Source: Candidatus Binatia bacterium (GTDB lineage: Bacteria > Acidobacteriota > Terriglobia > Terriglobales > Acidobacteriaceae). From it: a DNA stretch of 64,000 nucleotides. The notes under the pieces were generated by a model, which searched no databases, was not told the DNA's origin, and worked only from the letters and a program-made list of their open reading frames with translations. A program made the position numbers and the translations under genes. The DNA is taken from assembly GCA_035638375.1 (NCBI GenBank), contig DASRAA010000069.1, positions 19,818 through 83,817 on the forward strand, in the 5' to 3' direction. Each line of letters begins with the position of its first letter. Position 1 is the first letter of the stretch. Shown one piece after another: positions 1 to 11,300 of the stretch.

Positions 1-233
1 ACTGCCGTATTGGTTGCGCCTAGCCAGATGTTCATCGCCTGGCTGCCTTCGACAAAAGCCTGATAGTAAGTCGCGCGATAAACGAGATAGGCGCAGAACA
101 GGCCGCCGAAGAACATGATTTCTGTCAGCAGGAACAGCCACATGCCGAATGTGGTCGTTTCCCGCTGCTGATCCATGTCGGCGAAGTGGTGCTGCAGTGC
201 GTGTTCAGCGATTTCGATATCGCTAGTGGCCAA
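1..233 (-). CDS. ctaE: cytochrome c oxidase subunit III (N-terminal part only; gene continues beyond window start)
   Basis: The minus-strand frame reads (M)[56 protein letters not shown], a typical subunit III N-terminus. A TTG at 233 is preceded by GAGGAGG and overlaps the ctaD stop; an alternative ATG lies at 176. The gene is absent from the ORF track because it runs off the window edge. Confidence 0.8.
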   Translation of the reverse strand, partial: MATSDIEIAEHALQHHFADMDQQRETTTFGMWLFLLTEIMFFGGLFCAYLVYRATYYQAFVEGSQAMNIWLGATNTA

Positions 234-1869
234 CGGCTACCTCCTCGTCATGCTCAGGCAAGTGCTCGTAGTCGTAAGCTTCCCAGGTCACAATCGGCGT
301 TTCTTCGAAGTTGTAGGTCGGCGGCGGAGAAGGCGTCATCCACTCCAGCCCAACCGCATTCCACGGGTTCGGCCCCGCATCCTCTCCGTACCGCATGGAC
401 CAGACGAAGTAAATCATCGGCAAAACATAGCCCACTGCCAGAACCGAAGCGCCTGCTGTTGACATCACGTTGAGCACCTGGAACTCCGGCGGATACGCGT
501 GATAGCGCCGCGGCATGCCCATGTAGCCAAGCACAAATTGCGGGAAGAACGTCAGGTTGAATCCGACGAACACCAGAAGTGCCGAGAGCTTCGCCCATCC
601 TTCCGGATACAATTTGCCGGTCATCTTGGGCCACCAGAAGTGCAGACCGGCCATGTAGGCCATGACCATACCGCCCACCATCACATAGTGAAAGTGGGCC
701 ACGACAAAATAAGTGTCCGTCACGTGCACATCGATACCCAGGGAAGCGAGAAATACTCCGGTAAGGCCGCCTATCGTAAACAAGCCGATAAAGCCGAACG
801 CGTAGAGCATGGGCGTGTCGTATCGCACCGAACCTTTGTAGAGAGTCGCCGTCCAGTTGAAGACCTTCACCGCCGACGGTATCGCCACAAAGTAGCTCAG
901 CAGTGAGAACACCAGCGCGGCGTAAACGGAAATTCCGGCGACGAACATGTGGTGTGCCCACACCAGGAAGCCCAGCACCGCAATCGCTATGGACGCCAAC
1001 GCTACGAATTCGTAGCCAAACACACGCTTATGCGAGAAGCAGGTCACGACCTCGCTGATTACCCCCATGCCCGGCAGGATCATGATGTACACCGCCGGGT
1101 GCGAGTAAAACCAGAACAGGTGCTGAAACAGCACCGGGTCACCTCCCAGAGCAGGATTGAATACTCCGATGTGAAGGAGTCGCTCCAGCGCTACCAGCAG
1201 CAGCGTAATGGCAATCACTGGCGTACCCAGGATCATGATGATGCTGGTGGCATAGTGCGACCAGCAGAACAGCGGCAGCCTGGTCCACGTCAGGCCGGGC
1301 GCACGCATGCGGTGGATGGTGACAATGAAGTTCAACCCGGTGAGTATCGACGAGAAGCCCGCGATAAAAATGCCTAACGCCACACCCACCACGTGCGTGT
1401 TGGAGTAGTGGGTGCTGAACGGCGTGTAGAACGTCCACCCGGTGTCGACTCCGCCCAGCGTCATCGATACTAGGGCAAAGATTGCGCCGATGATGTAAAG
1501 GTACCAGCTGAGCAGATTGATTCGCGGAAACGCCAGGTCCTTAGCCCCCACCATCAGTGGAATGCAGAAGTTTCCCAGAACTGCCGGCACTGACGGAATC
1601 AGGAAGAAAAACACCATCACTATGCCGTGCATGGTGAACAGCTTGTTGTACGTGTCGGATGTAACCAGGTCGCCCGCCGGCGTCAGCAGCTCCAGCCGGA
1701 TCAACATGGCGAAAAAGCCACCCACGAAAAACATCGCCGTAATCGAAATCAGGTACAGGATCGCGATGCGCTTGTGGTCCCTGGTTAACAGCCACGACTG
1801 CAGGCTATAGCCATTGTTCAGGTAGGTCTCGCGCTCGACTGTTAGTACTGCAGTTGCCATTTCTCGCAC
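223..1869 (-). CDS. ctaD: cytochrome c oxidase subunit I (haem-copper oxidase)
   Basis: 548-aa polytopic ORF with [25 protein letters not shown] and VVAHFHYVM histidine-ligand motifs. It lies directly downstream of subunit II. Confidence 0.97.
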   Translation of the reverse strand: MREMATAVLTVERETYLNNGYSLQSWLLTRDHKRIAILYLISITAMFFVGGFFAMLIRLELLTPAGDLVTSDTYNKLFTMHGIVMVFFFLIPSVPAVLGNFCIPLMVGAKDLAFPRINLLSWYLYIIGAIFALVSMTLGGVDTGWTFYTPFSTHYSNTHVVGVALGIFIAGFSSILTGLNFIVTIHRMRAPGLTWTRLPLFCWSHYATSIIMILGTPVIAITLLLVALERLLHIGVFNPALGGDPVLFQHLFWFYSHPAVYIMILPGMGVISEVVTCFSHKRVFGYEFVALASIAIAVLGFLVWAHHMFVAGISVYAALVFSLLSYFVAIPSAVKVFNWTATLYKGSVRYDTPMLYAFGFIGLFTIGGLTGVFLASLGIDVHVTDTYFVVAHFHYVMVGGMVMAYMAGLHFWWPKMTGKLYPEGWAKLSALLVFVGFNLTFFPQFVLGYMGMPRRYHAYPPEFQVLNVMSTAGASVLAVGYVLPMIYFVWSMRYGEDAGPNPWNAVGLEWMTPSPPPTYNFEETPIVTWEAYDYEHLPEHDEEVAVGH

Positions 1870-1884
1870 CTTCCGAGTTGAAAC

Positions 1885-2865
1885 CTAATTGCTCGTGCTC
1901 GTCGCAACCGCCGGAGCTCCGCCTTCGGCCTTCTGCTGCGGTTGCGATAACGATTTCACATAACTCACCAGGGCGCCGAGGTTCTCTTCCGTCACCTGGC
2001 CTTGAAACGTGGGCATGATCGGTTGGAAGCCCGCCACGATCTTCGCCTGCGGATTCGTAATCGATTCGCGGATATAGTTCTCATCCGCCATCACCGTGCG
2101 ACCATCGTTCAGCTGTACTGGCTTTCCGTACACTCCAACCAGATTCGGTCCGCGGCCCTGGGTATCTGTCCGATGGCACGTCGCGCAGCCCAACTGTGTG
2201 AAAAGCTCCTTGCCGTTGGAAGCCAGGCTCGCCGAAGCGCCGCCAGCCGCCAGCCATGCCTGGTATGCCACTGGCTCCATCACCACCACCTCGCCGATCA
2301 TGCCTGAGTGTTCGGTTCCGCAATACTCCGCGCAGAACAGGTGATACGTACCTACTTTGGTCGGACGGAACCAGGTCGACGTATAGCGACCCGGTAGGGC
2401 ATCCGTTTTCACTCGGAACGCTGGCACGTAAAAGCTGTGGATTACATCTTGCGAACTCAAGATCACCCGGACATCGCGTCCCAAGGGCACATGCAGCGAG
2501 TTGATCTCACGCTGTCCCGTCTCATGCTCGAACTTCCACATCCACTGCTTGCCGACGCCATACACCTCCATCGCGCCGCGCGGCGGTCTGGCTTGCTGGA
2601 AGTAAATCAACGCTCCCCAGGCGAAGAAAATCATCGAGATTCCCAGCGGTATAAGCGTCCAGGTCAGCTCCAGTGGTAGCGAGCCTTCAATCTGCTCGGC
2701 CTTGGGGTGGGCAGCCTTACGGAACTTGACCGCGAACACAAAGATCAGCGCAAAAATGAGCAACGTAAAGAACGCCGACACCGCAATCAGAAAGGCGTAC
2801 AGCCCATCCACCTGGATCGCAATCGATGATGCTTGGTCAGGAAATAGTGGCAAGTTCTTCCACAT
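1885..2865 (-). CDS. ctaC: cytochrome c oxidase subunit II with fused C-terminal cytochrome c domain (caa3 type)
   Basis: 326 aa with two N-terminal TM helices, the CuA motif FCAEYCGTEHSGM and a C-terminal haem c site CATCH. Confidence 0.95.
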   Translation of the reverse strand: MWKNLPLFPDQASSIAIQVDGLYAFLIAVSAFFTLLIFALIFVFAVKFRKAAHPKAEQIEGSLPLELTWTLIPLGISMIFFAWGALIYFQQARPPRGAMEVYGVGKQWMWKFEHETGQREINSLHVPLGRDVRVILSSQDVIHSFYVPAFRVKTDALPGRYTSTWFRPTKVGTYHLFCAEYCGTEHSGMIGEVVVMEPVAYQAWLAAGGASASLASNGKELFTQLGCATCHRTDTQGRGPNLVGVYGKPVQLNDGRTVMADENYIRESITNPQAKIVAGFQPIMPTFQGQVTEENLGALVSYVKSLSQPQQKAEGGAPAVATSTSN

Positions 2866-2870
2866 ATCGT

Positions 2871-3749
2871 TCAGGCCCGTCCTGCTCCCTTCCGGGGATC
2901 GTGAGGTTCACGTCGATACAATACGATCAGGAATCCGCCCAGTAACAGCATCGTGGTCGCTCCCCCCAATCGCAGGATGTTGGTAATCGTCGCGCCGTAG
3001 CGCCCGGTATTCGGGTCGTAGTGGTAGCAGTACAGCGTGATCTGGTCCACCAGGTTACCAATCTTGTTGCGCGACGCCTCGATCAATCCGAGACGCAAAT
3101 CCTTGGGCGAATACTCCACCCCGTAGTAATACTGGGCCAGCTTGCCCTGCGGCGTCGCAATCATGACCGCGGTTGCATGAATGTATTGGCCAGTGGCTGC
3201 GTCACGCTTGTAATGAAATCCCACCGTATCTGCAAGCTGCTTGATCTCTTCTGGCTTACCAGTCAGGAAATGCCAGCCTGCACCATCCGTCTTCTTCTCC
3301 AGCCGCTCGTTCATCCGATCGATATAGATCTTTTTTTTAGCCGATGCCGTTTCCGGAGTGTCGTCCGGATTAAAGCTCACCGTCACCACTTCGTATTCTT
3401 TGCCCGGCGTGAAGCGCAGCACACCGAGCGCGCTGGACAATCCTGCCAGCTCTTCTCCGCACAACATCGGACAGGTGTAATACACCAGGTTCAGGATGAC
3501 CGGCCTGCCAGCGTGAAAGTAATCACCCAGCATCACCGTTTTTGCTGACTCATCCCTAAACTGCAGATCCAGGGGCAGCATCTGGTCGAGCCGCTGATCG
3601 ATCCTCACATTCTTCAGATCGTCCGGCGTGACCTGCGCTGCAGGCTTGCTCGCATCCCGCATAAACGCAGATGGCGGCTGTGCCACGGCGAACACACCGC
3701 TGACCACCATCGCTGCCAAAATGAGCTTTTGTACCAATACTGCTCTCAT
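2871..3749 (-). CDS. SCO1/SenC family copper chaperone
   Basis: Thioredoxin-like protein with the CPMLC (CxxxC) motif, the N-terminal anchor MRAVLVQKLILAAMVVSGVFAVA and a C-terminal TM helix. I moved the start to ATG 3749; the ORF track begins at TTG 3848. The stop is 5 nt before the ctaC start. Confidence 0.85.
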   Translation of the reverse strand: MRAVLVQKLILAAMVVSGVFAVAQPPSAFMRDASKPAAQVTPDDLKNVRIDQRLDQMLPLDLQFRDESAKTVMLGDYFHAGRPVILNLVYYTCPMLCGEELAGLSSALGVLRFTPGKEYEVVTVSFNPDDTPETASAKKKIYIDRMNERLEKKTDGAGWHFLTGKPEEIKQLADTVGFHYKRDAATGQYIHATAVMIATPQGKLAQYYYGVEYSPKDLRLGLIEASRNKIGNLVDQITLYCYHYDPNTGRYGATITNILRLGGATTMLLLGGFLIVLYRREPHDPRKGAGRA

Positions 3750-3890
3750 AGACTCGCTCTTACCACTCTCACACACCTGCCTGGAAGGGGCACGGCTTTC
3801 TAGCCCGCCCTGAGCCTGACGAAGGGTACCGTTCCGAAACGAAAACAAGGTCGGCTTTACAAGCTGCCGAAGGATTTCGTTTCGAACTGC

Positions 3891-3970
3891 TTTGTATCAG
3901 GGCACGACTTTAGTCGTGCCGACAAGCGTCTTATCCATTAATTCGCCGAGCGGGCTTTAGCCCGCGAGGC
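3891..3970 (+). repeat. dispersed repeat family A (double hairpin)
   Basis: TTTGTATCAGGGCACGAC-TTTA-GTCGTGCC (perfect 8-bp stem, 3901-3920) followed by GCGGGC-TTTA-GCCCGC (3950-3965). Related copies lie at 21391-21457 and, in degenerate form, at 18919-18975. It sits between the ACIII genes and SCO1. Confidence 0.75.
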
Positions 3971-3994
3971 GAAGGGAAATCTGAAATGTCCCAC

Positions 3995-4516
3995 CTACTC
4001 TGCTCCCGGCACCTTGCTTGCCGAAGCTGCAGGCCTCCCAGGCGCTCCCGCCGCCGTCCCCTCCGGCCTCACCGGCAATCCCTTCTGCACGATGATGTTC
4101 ATTGCATCTTGAATCGGCAGATGTACCGTCCCGTTCGCATCCAGGAAAGGCTGCGGTGCGTACAAAATCTTGTGCTCCGACGCTAGCAGATCACTCATGT
4201 CCAGCACGTCATTCGTCTGCAATCGCGGCTGGGGAAACAGCCCCGGATTTACGTTCGTCGTGTTTTCGAAATCCTTGCCTTCCGCCGACAGCGGCTGGGC
4301 TTTCTGAACTTGCATCATCGGGCTGGGATTACCCTTGGCGAAAAACGGACTCCGCGCCAGAAAGTGGAACATTCCCCACAACACCAGCTCGATAAAGATA
4401 CCCGCCACCAGCAACCCGGCCAGGAATAGAAGAATTCCTTGCGGACTCAGGTCAGTACGGTCGTAATCCACCGCTGGATTTCTTAGCAGATCGTATTCGT
4501 CGCGATTAGTGGCCAT
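3995..4516 (-). CDS. hypothetical single-pass membrane protein encoded within the ACIII cluster
   Basis: 173 aa with one TM helix (GILLFLAGLLVAGIFIELVLWGMF) and a soluble C-terminal domain. Its ATG overlaps the actF stop by 11 nt (CATGGCCACTAA), which implies translational coupling. Confidence 0.6.
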   Translation of the reverse strand: MATNRDEYDLLRNPAVDYDRTDLSPQGILLFLAGLLVAGIFIELVLWGMFHFLARSPFFAKGNPSPMMQVQKAQPLSAEGKDFENTTNVNPGLFPQPRLQTNDVLDMSDLLASEHKILYAPQPFLDANGTVHLPIQDAMNIIVQKGLPVRPEGTAAGAPGRPAASASKVPGAE

Positions 4517-5705
4517 GTGACCCCTGATGCAGCAAGCTCGGCATCTGCGGTTCGTAGGCCGGTAAAATCGGACGCTGCTGCAGCTTGTAGAAGAAATACC
4601 CCAGCCACAGTCCGCCCAGCGCTATCGGTGCAACCAGGTACCAGATGCTGAAGTAGAAATGTCCGCGCGCGTGGGCGAAGTTCGGCACCACGTACCAGTA
4701 GATGTCCACCAGTCGCATGAACATCAACAGTAGCGCCAGCCCGATCATCTTCTGTCCGTCACGCTTCAAATTGCGCGACAACAGCAGCGCAAACGGCAGC
4801 GCGAAGTGAAACATAATGATGACCAGCGCGATCAGCCCCCAGCCGCCGCGAATGCGCGCCAGATAAAAGCTGATTTCATCAGGCAGATTCCCTGCCCAGA
4901 TAATCAGCCACTGCGAGAAGGAGAAGTAGGCAAACAGCATCACGAACGCCAGCATCAACTTGGCAATATCGTGAAACTGCTCCGCCATGATGATCTCGCG
5001 CATCGGCGAGTAGCGGGTCAACACCGCCAGCATAACGATGCAGAACGACAGCGCCGACAGACCCTGGCCTGCCATGAAGATCATTCCGTAGATCGTCGAT
5101 CCCCAGTGCGGATCGAGCGACATCACCCAATCCACCGCCGCGAACGAAATCGTCAGTGCATACAAAACAATGCCAATGCCGCTCAGCAGTTGGAAACGTG
5201 GCTGATGTCCTGTCGCCGACGCTTCATCCTGTAACGCCGACCGCTTGTTGAGCACATACATCAAGCCCAGCCACACCGTGAAGTAGATCACCTGCCGGAT
5301 CCACCAGAACGGCATGTTCAGGTACCAAGAGTTATTCTCGGTTACTCCGTCACCAGTCATCCAGTGGTACAAGTAGTGGCGGCCTAAAAACAGCGGAATC
5401 CACAGCACCAGCATCAGGGGAAGAACGCGGCTCCCGGCTTCCATGACTCTTCGGATGGACAGCCCCCACAAACCACCTGACAGGTGTTGCACCATCAGAA
5501 GCGTCAGGCATCCCAGGCTCAAGCCCAACCAAAGCATGTAGCCGATGAGGTAGCCGCGCATCGTCTGCTCCGACTGCATAAACAGCCCGACGATGGTCGC
5601 TACCGCAGCTAGCACACCGATAGTGAGATACCTCTTCTGCCAGCCTGCCGCCTCGCGGGGCACGGCGTAGTTTGCAGGCTGAATCTGTGGATGCGGTTGG
5701 CTCAT
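4506..5705 (-). CDS. actF: Alternative Complex III subunit ActF (polytopic membrane subunit)
   Basis: 399-aa multi-TM ORF with a 4-nt ATGA overlap with the end of actE. The assignment rests on its position after the mono-haem subunit. Confidence 0.8.
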   Translation of the reverse strand: MSQPHPQIQPANYAVPREAAGWQKRYLTIGVLAAVATIVGLFMQSEQTMRGYLIGYMLWLGLSLGCLTLLMVQHLSGGLWGLSIRRVMEAGSRVLPLMLVLWIPLFLGRHYLYHWMTGDGVTENNSWYLNMPFWWIRQVIYFTVWLGLMYVLNKRSALQDEASATGHQPRFQLLSGIGIVLYALTISFAAVDWVMSLDPHWGSTIYGMIFMAGQGLSALSFCIVMLAVLTRYSPMREIIMAEQFHDIAKLMLAFVMLFAYFSFSQWLIIWAGNLPDEISFYLARIRGGWGLIALVIIMFHFALPFALLLSRNLKRDGQKMIGLALLLMFMRLVDIYWYVVPNFAHARGHFYFSIWYLVAPIALGGLWLGYFFYKLQQRPILPAYEPQMPSLLHQGSHGH

Positions 5706-6376
5706 GGTCTCGTACCCTGTTTCGGCGTTGCGCTTTCGCTGCTCGGCAGCGCCGCCGGCGCTGGCTGCGGGGCCGCGCTCTGCGTGTCATACGGCGCGGA
5801 AATCACCACGCCCTTAGGTGGTTCGCTTGCGATCTGCTGTCCCAGAGGAACATCTGCCCGCGTCGCACCCTGGCTCAATTGCAATGCCTTGATGTAGGCC
5901 GCAATCGCCCAGCGGTCCTCGGGCTTCACCTGTTGCGAATAATCCAGCATCACGCCGAACCCGTTTGTCATCACGTCGAAAAAGTATCCGATGGGAGCGT
6001 TGCGCAACCGATCCGTGTGATACGAAGGCGGATGCTTCAACCCACGCTGCACGATCATGCCGTTGCCGTCGCCGGTTTCACCATGGCACGGCGAGCAATA
6101 TATGTTGAAGCGCTGCTGTCCGCGCTGCATAACCTCGGCCGTCACAAGGAACGGCATATAAGTGCCGTCCTCACTCCCGATCTTGCCGGTATAGAAATAG
6201 GTGTCCGCGCGCTCGTGTCCGCGTGCCATCGCCCCCTCCACCAGCGGACGCGCCGCGCGCCTGTCGGCATAAAAATCGCTTTGGACCAACGGACGCTGAT
6301 ACGGCTGGTTTTGCATGTCGGCGCGACACCCTGCCAGCAGCAGTAATGCCGCCGCCACGAGCAGCAACCCCACCAC
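5702..6376 (-). CDS. actE: Alternative Complex III mono-haem cytochrome c subunit ActE (lipoprotein)
   Basis: 224 aa with a lipobox signal (LLLLAGC) and a single haem c motif (CSPCH). The start codon is GTG. Confidence 0.85.
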   Translation of the reverse strand: MVGLLLVAAALLLLAGCRADMQNQPYQRPLVQSDFYADRRAARPLVEGAMARGHERADTYFYTGKIGSEDGTYMPFLVTAEVMQRGQQRFNIYCSPCHGETGDGNGMIVQRGLKHPPSYHTDRLRNAPIGYFFDVMTNGFGVMLDYSQQVKPEDRWAIAAYIKALQLSQGATRADVPLGQQIASEPPKGVVISAPYDTQSAAPQPAPAALPSSESATPKQGTRP

Positions 6377-6392
6377 GCTTTGGGATGTCCGA

Positions 6393-6947
6393 TTAATGCG
6401 GCACCTCCGAAATCGAGAGCGGCTTCAGTCGTTCCATAAATTGTTGGGTGCCTACCAGATCAAACTTGGGATCGATCGCTTCCACGCACAGGAAGAACCG
6501 GTTGCGTGTCACCTTCGAGAACCGGTCCACGTGAAACAGTGGATGATACGGCTGGGGCAATCCATTCAGGGCGAACATTCCGATCATCCCAATCACTCCC
6601 GCGAACAGGATGGTCATCTCAAACGTCGGTACGATGAAGGCCGGCCAGGAGTTATACGGTTTTCCGCCGATGTTCAGCGGATACGCAATCACGTTGATCC
6701 AGTACTGCAGCGCGAAACCCGACGTCCCGCCCAGAATCCCGCCGATCAGCGTCACCAGCGGCACTGCGGTCTTGTGGAAGCCGATCGCCTCGCTCGCCTC
6801 TTCAATCGGGAATGGGCTATACGCGTCCATTTCCCGATAGCCTTCCGCATACGCCGCCTTGCAGGCCGTCACCAGATCGGTTGGGGTCTCGAATTCCGCC
6901 AGCAGTCCATAAATGCTCGGTGCCGTTACCGCGTGGCCGTGGCTCAT
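6393..6947 (-). CDS. actD: Alternative Complex III subunit ActD (DUF3341-like)
   Basis: 184 aa with a soluble N-terminal domain followed by two TM helices (VPLVTLIGGILGGTSGFAL and TILFAGVIGMIGMFAL). There is an ATGA overlap with actC. Confidence 0.8.
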   Translation of the reverse strand: MSHGHAVTAPSIYGLLAEFETPTDLVTACKAAYAEGYREMDAYSPFPIEEASEAIGFHKTAVPLVTLIGGILGGTSGFALQYWINVIAYPLNIGGKPYNSWPAFIVPTFEMTILFAGVIGMIGMFALNGLPQPYHPLFHVDRFSKVTRNRFFLCVEAIDPKFDLVGTQQFMERLKPLSISEVPH

Positions 6948-8320
6948 TCCTTCACCTCCGCCTGCGGCAGCAGCATGCGCATTTCAAAGATCGAAATCGC
7001 CGGTACCACGCGGATGAAGATGTAAATCGCCACGGTGAAGAACCCGATTGTGCCGAAATACGTCGCATAGTCCCAGCGCGTTGCCACGTAATGCCCCCAA
7101 GACGATGGCAGAAAGTCGCGATGCAGGCTGGTGATAATGATGACGAAGCGCTCCAGCCACATTCCTAGCAGCACGATCAGCGAAACTCCAAACAGCCAGC
7201 TGGTGCTCGAACGGACCTTCGGCCACCACAGGACCTGCGGAGTCAAAATGTTAAACAGGATGAGCGACCAGTAGAACAGAGCGTATGGCCCGAACCAGCG
7301 GTTGTGGATCATAAACCGCTCGTAGGTCGACCCGCTGTACAGCCCGATGAATGTCTCGAAGAAGTACCCATAGCCCACGATCAGGCCGGTCGCCAGCATG
7401 ATTTTTGCTGAATTCTGCAGATGCCGCATCGTAATCATCTGTTCCAGCCCGTAGTACTTTCGGATCGGAATCGCCAGCACCAACACCATCGCGAATCCGG
7501 AGTAAATGGCGCCCGCAACGAAATAGGGCGGGAAGATCGTCGTGTGCCATCCCGGTAGAACAGAAATCGCAAAGTCGAAGCTCACCACGGTGTGCACGGA
7601 GAGCACCAGCGGGGTTGAGATACCGGCTAGCAGAATGTACACCGATTCGTAACGTGTCCAATGCCGTGCCGACCCCCTCCATCCCAGCGACAGAATTCCA
7701 TAGACTCTCTTCGCCCAGAGTGACTGCGCCTCTTCCCGCATGGTCGCGAAGTCCGGCACCAGCCCCACGAACCAAAACACTGCCGAGATCGTCCCGTACG
7801 TCGATACCGCGAACACGTCCCACACCAGCGGGCTGCGGAACTGCGGCCATACACCCATGCTGCTGGGATACGGAAACATCCAGTAGAAAAGCCAGGGACG
7901 GCCCATGTGTAGCAGCGGGAACATGCCCGCGCACGCCACAGCAAACAACGTCATCGCCTCCGCAAAGCGGTTGATCGAGTTACGCCACGTCTGTTTGAAC
8001 AGCAGGAGAATGGCCGAAATCAGAGTGCCTGCATGGCCGATACCGATCCACCACACAAAATTGATGATGGCGAAGCCCCAGGCCACCGGCACCTCGATGC
8101 CCCAGATGCCCACGCCTACCAGGAACAGGTACGTTACTGCCGTCAGAAGCGAGCCGAGCAGCAACATGCCGACGCCGAGGCCCGCCAGCCAACCCAGTCC
8201 AATCGGCCGCTTCAGTACCGCATCGGCGATCGTGTCGGTAACAGAATCAAACGTCTGCCCCGGACCGATTACCGGTGGCTCCTCCAGCAGTGTTACGTTG
8301 TTTTCCTCTACTCCCGCCAT
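6944..8320 (-). CDS. actC: Alternative Complex III quinol-interacting membrane subunit ActC (NrfD/PsrC family)
   Basis: 458-aa polytopic ORF. Its ATG abuts the actB stop (TAGATG). Confidence 0.9.
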   Translation of the reverse strand: MAGVEENNVTLLEEPPVIGPGQTFDSVTDTIADAVLKRPIGLGWLAGLGVGMLLLGSLLTAVTYLFLVGVGIWGIEVPVAWGFAIINFVWWIGIGHAGTLISAILLLFKQTWRNSINRFAEAMTLFAVACAGMFPLLHMGRPWLFYWMFPYPSSMGVWPQFRSPLVWDVFAVSTYGTISAVFWFVGLVPDFATMREEAQSLWAKRVYGILSLGWRGSARHWTRYESVYILLAGISTPLVLSVHTVVSFDFAISVLPGWHTTIFPPYFVAGAIYSGFAMVLVLAIPIRKYYGLEQMITMRHLQNSAKIMLATGLIVGYGYFFETFIGLYSGSTYERFMIHNRWFGPYALFYWSLILFNILTPQVLWWPKVRSSTSWLFGVSLIVLLGMWLERFVIIITSLHRDFLPSSWGHYVATRWDYATYFGTIGFFTVAIYIFIRVVPAISIFEMRMLLPQAEVKE

Positions 8321-11300
8321 CTAGCTCCGCTCCGGCTTCTCTACTTCTGGATTCGGGTTGGTCACCACCGCCATATAGGTGGTGCGAGGACGCGTATTCA
8401 AATCTTCCAGCAAACCGTAATTGCGGCCATCGGCTCGCAGCTTCGAAACCTTGCTGTTCTTGTCATTCAAGTCGCCGAACACAATCGCACCCGCCGGACA
8501 CGCCTGCTGGCAAGCCGTCTGGATCTCGCCGTCTTTGATCGAACGACCCTCTTTCTCGGCTGTGATTCGGCCTGCTGCAATGCGCTGTATGCAATACGTG
8601 CACTTCTCCATGACACCGCGGCTCCGGACGCTCACCTCCGGATTGCGCATCATCTTGTACTGCGGCGTCGTCCAGTCCTGCCACAGCAGGAAGTTAAACC
8701 GGCGTACTTTGTACGGGCAGTTATTCGAGCAGTAGCGCGTTCCCACGCAGCGGTTGTACACCATGTCGTTCAGGCCTTCCGTTGAGTGCACCGTCGCACC
8801 CACCGGGCACACCGTTTCGCAGGGAGCGTTTTCGCACTGCTGGCAAGGAATTGGCTGATAATACGCCGACGGATTCTCTGTTCCGCCCTCGTAGTACACA
8901 TCCACGCGCAGCCAGTTCATATGCCGGCCGCGCATCACCTGCTCTTTACCAACCACCGGAATATTGTTTTCCGCCTGGCAAGCCACCACGCAGGTCTTGC
9001 ATCCGACGCATGAGTTCATGTCGATGGCCATGCCCCACTTCGCTTCTGTGTACTGGAACAGCGGCAATCCCTTCGATGTCGTATAGAGCGAGAACTCCGG
9101 CGACGGAGCCTCACCGAGTTCCTTGGCAAATTCCGGGTGCTTCAGAAAGTCATCCAGCGTCGCCTTGCGAACGATGTGGCGGTCGCTCATATTGTCCGCG
9201 CCCGGAATCCCCGACTGGTCGATGTACTGCCAGCCCTGCGGATTGGCAAAACCATACCCACTGCCGACCTTCGTCACCTTGCCGCCGGCAAAGTACATCG
9301 CATCGCTGGTGCGCAGATCATAAGCGTTGAACCCGACGCCCGTTCCCACTCGTCCGCTCTTGGTGCGCCCGTAACCAAAAAACAATGTCACGGCATCATC
9401 CGGATGCCCAGGCGTTCTCCACACCGGCCCCGTCACCCTGCGACCATTGACATCGATCTCGACGACATCTTCAGTCTGCAGGCCCAACTTCTCCGCAGTC
9501 TTGACGCTGACCTGCACCGCGTTGTCCCAGCAGATCTGGGTCATCGCCTTGGGCGTCTCTTGCAGCCAGGCGTTGTTGGAGAACGTCCCGTCGTAAATGG
9601 TGGGATCACGCCGGAACATGACTTCTATGGCGCCTTGGTTGGGCGCGCTCGCCGCCGGCACGCTGCCCTTCGCCGCAACCGTCTTCGCCGGCAGTGCTGT
9701 TCCCGCAACAAATCCGTCGTTCAGCGCCTTCCGCCACGCGGCTTCGAAGTCGCCTGTCATCTTTTGCTCCCAGTACCGACGGACAATCTCGTAACCTGTC
9801 GTTGTCGGCGACCCATTCAGCGCCTCGACCAACTCATACTCGCTCTTGCCATCGTACAGCGGAGCAATCAGCGGCTGGATCAGCGTCGCCGTGCCATCGA
9901 TGGTCCGCACATCACCCCACTGCTCAAGATAATGTGCAGCGTTGATGTGCCAGTGAACGAAATCGGTCGTCTCATTCTGGAAGAGGCTGTGCTGCACCCG
10001 CAGCTGCACCTTCCCCATCGCATCGCCGAACTTCAAATCGGCCGGAGCGTCATACACTGGGTTGCCGCCGATAATCACCAGCAAGTCCACCTTGCCCGCG
10101 CTCATATCGCCGACGAGTTCCTTCAGCGCTGCGGTCTGGTCTTGCGGCTTCGCCTCCACCGGATTGGTGTAGTACACGGTCGAACCCACGGCGCCCAGCG
10201 CCTGGTTCATGGCGTGCGCCAGCGCATGCACTGCCGCAGGCTGGTTGTCCCCGGCAATCACCAGCGCCCCACCTTTGTGCGCCTGAAGATCCCTCACCAG
10301 CGCCGCAACAAAAGCTTGCTGCTCCGGCTTTGCCGATCCACTGCCTACACCCAATCCCGCCGCAATCGCCCGCGCTACCCCTTCCACTTCCGAAGCCTTT
10401 GCCGGCAAGCGATGATCAGCTTTTCCGCCCGTGTTGGTTGGAGAGCTCTCCACCATATAGAAGCGGGACATCTTCTCCTTCAGCTCGGGATTCCGCCGCG
10501 ACGCAAACTGCCTCGTGTACAGCACGAATCCCGGATACCCGCTCGACAGGAAATCTCCATCCAGCGACAGAATCACATCCGCTTTATCAAAGTTGTAGTG
10601 CGTTTCCACGTACTGGCCGAACGCCAGCTGCGAGCCCGCCCGCACATTGTCCCGGCCCACCGGGTCGTATTGCACCCACTTCGCCTGCGGATACTGCTTC
10701 AGCAGGGTGTCCAATTGCTCCGCCAGCGTCGGCGAACTGACCGTTCTCGTAAGAATCCGCAGCCCCGAACCCTGCACGGCCTTTTGAGAATTCATCGGCC
10801 CCTGTAGCGCGTTCGTAAAGTCGCTCCACGCCCGAATGAAGCCCGTGTACGTCACCGACTGCGAGCGGTCCGGATCGTACATATCCAGGATCGACGCCTG
10901 CGCGAACACATCACTTCCCACACCCGCCGGGTGATCCGGGCTTCCCTCCACCTTCGTCGGACGCCCTTCGTGGCTCTCGACCAGCACGGGCGTGGCATAT
11001 CCCGCCAGCGGCATGGCGCTGGCGAAATACAGCGGAATTCCCAACGTGATGGGCTCGGGCTGCCGTACATAAGGAACGATGGGCTCAATGGGCTGCTTCA
11101 CGCACGCAGACAGTCCCGCCAGCGCCATCGACGCCGTCATCAGCTTCATGAAATCGCGCCGCGAAGCTCCTTCCGGCCACACCGAGGCCAGCCGCGGAAA
11201 CTCGCGATGCACCATCTCGAAAAACCCATCGGTCTGGGCCAGCTCTTCCAGGCTTCGCCAATACTGCGGACCGCTGTTGGCGCGCGACAGCCTCTCCCGC

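Noticed and set aside
9137-10807. 556-aa plus-strand ORF
   Set aside because: It lies entirely antisense to actB. Its composition is Arg/Pro/His-rich, typical of out-of-frame high-GC sequence, and it has no motifs. The actB frame has clear Fe-S and Tat motifs.
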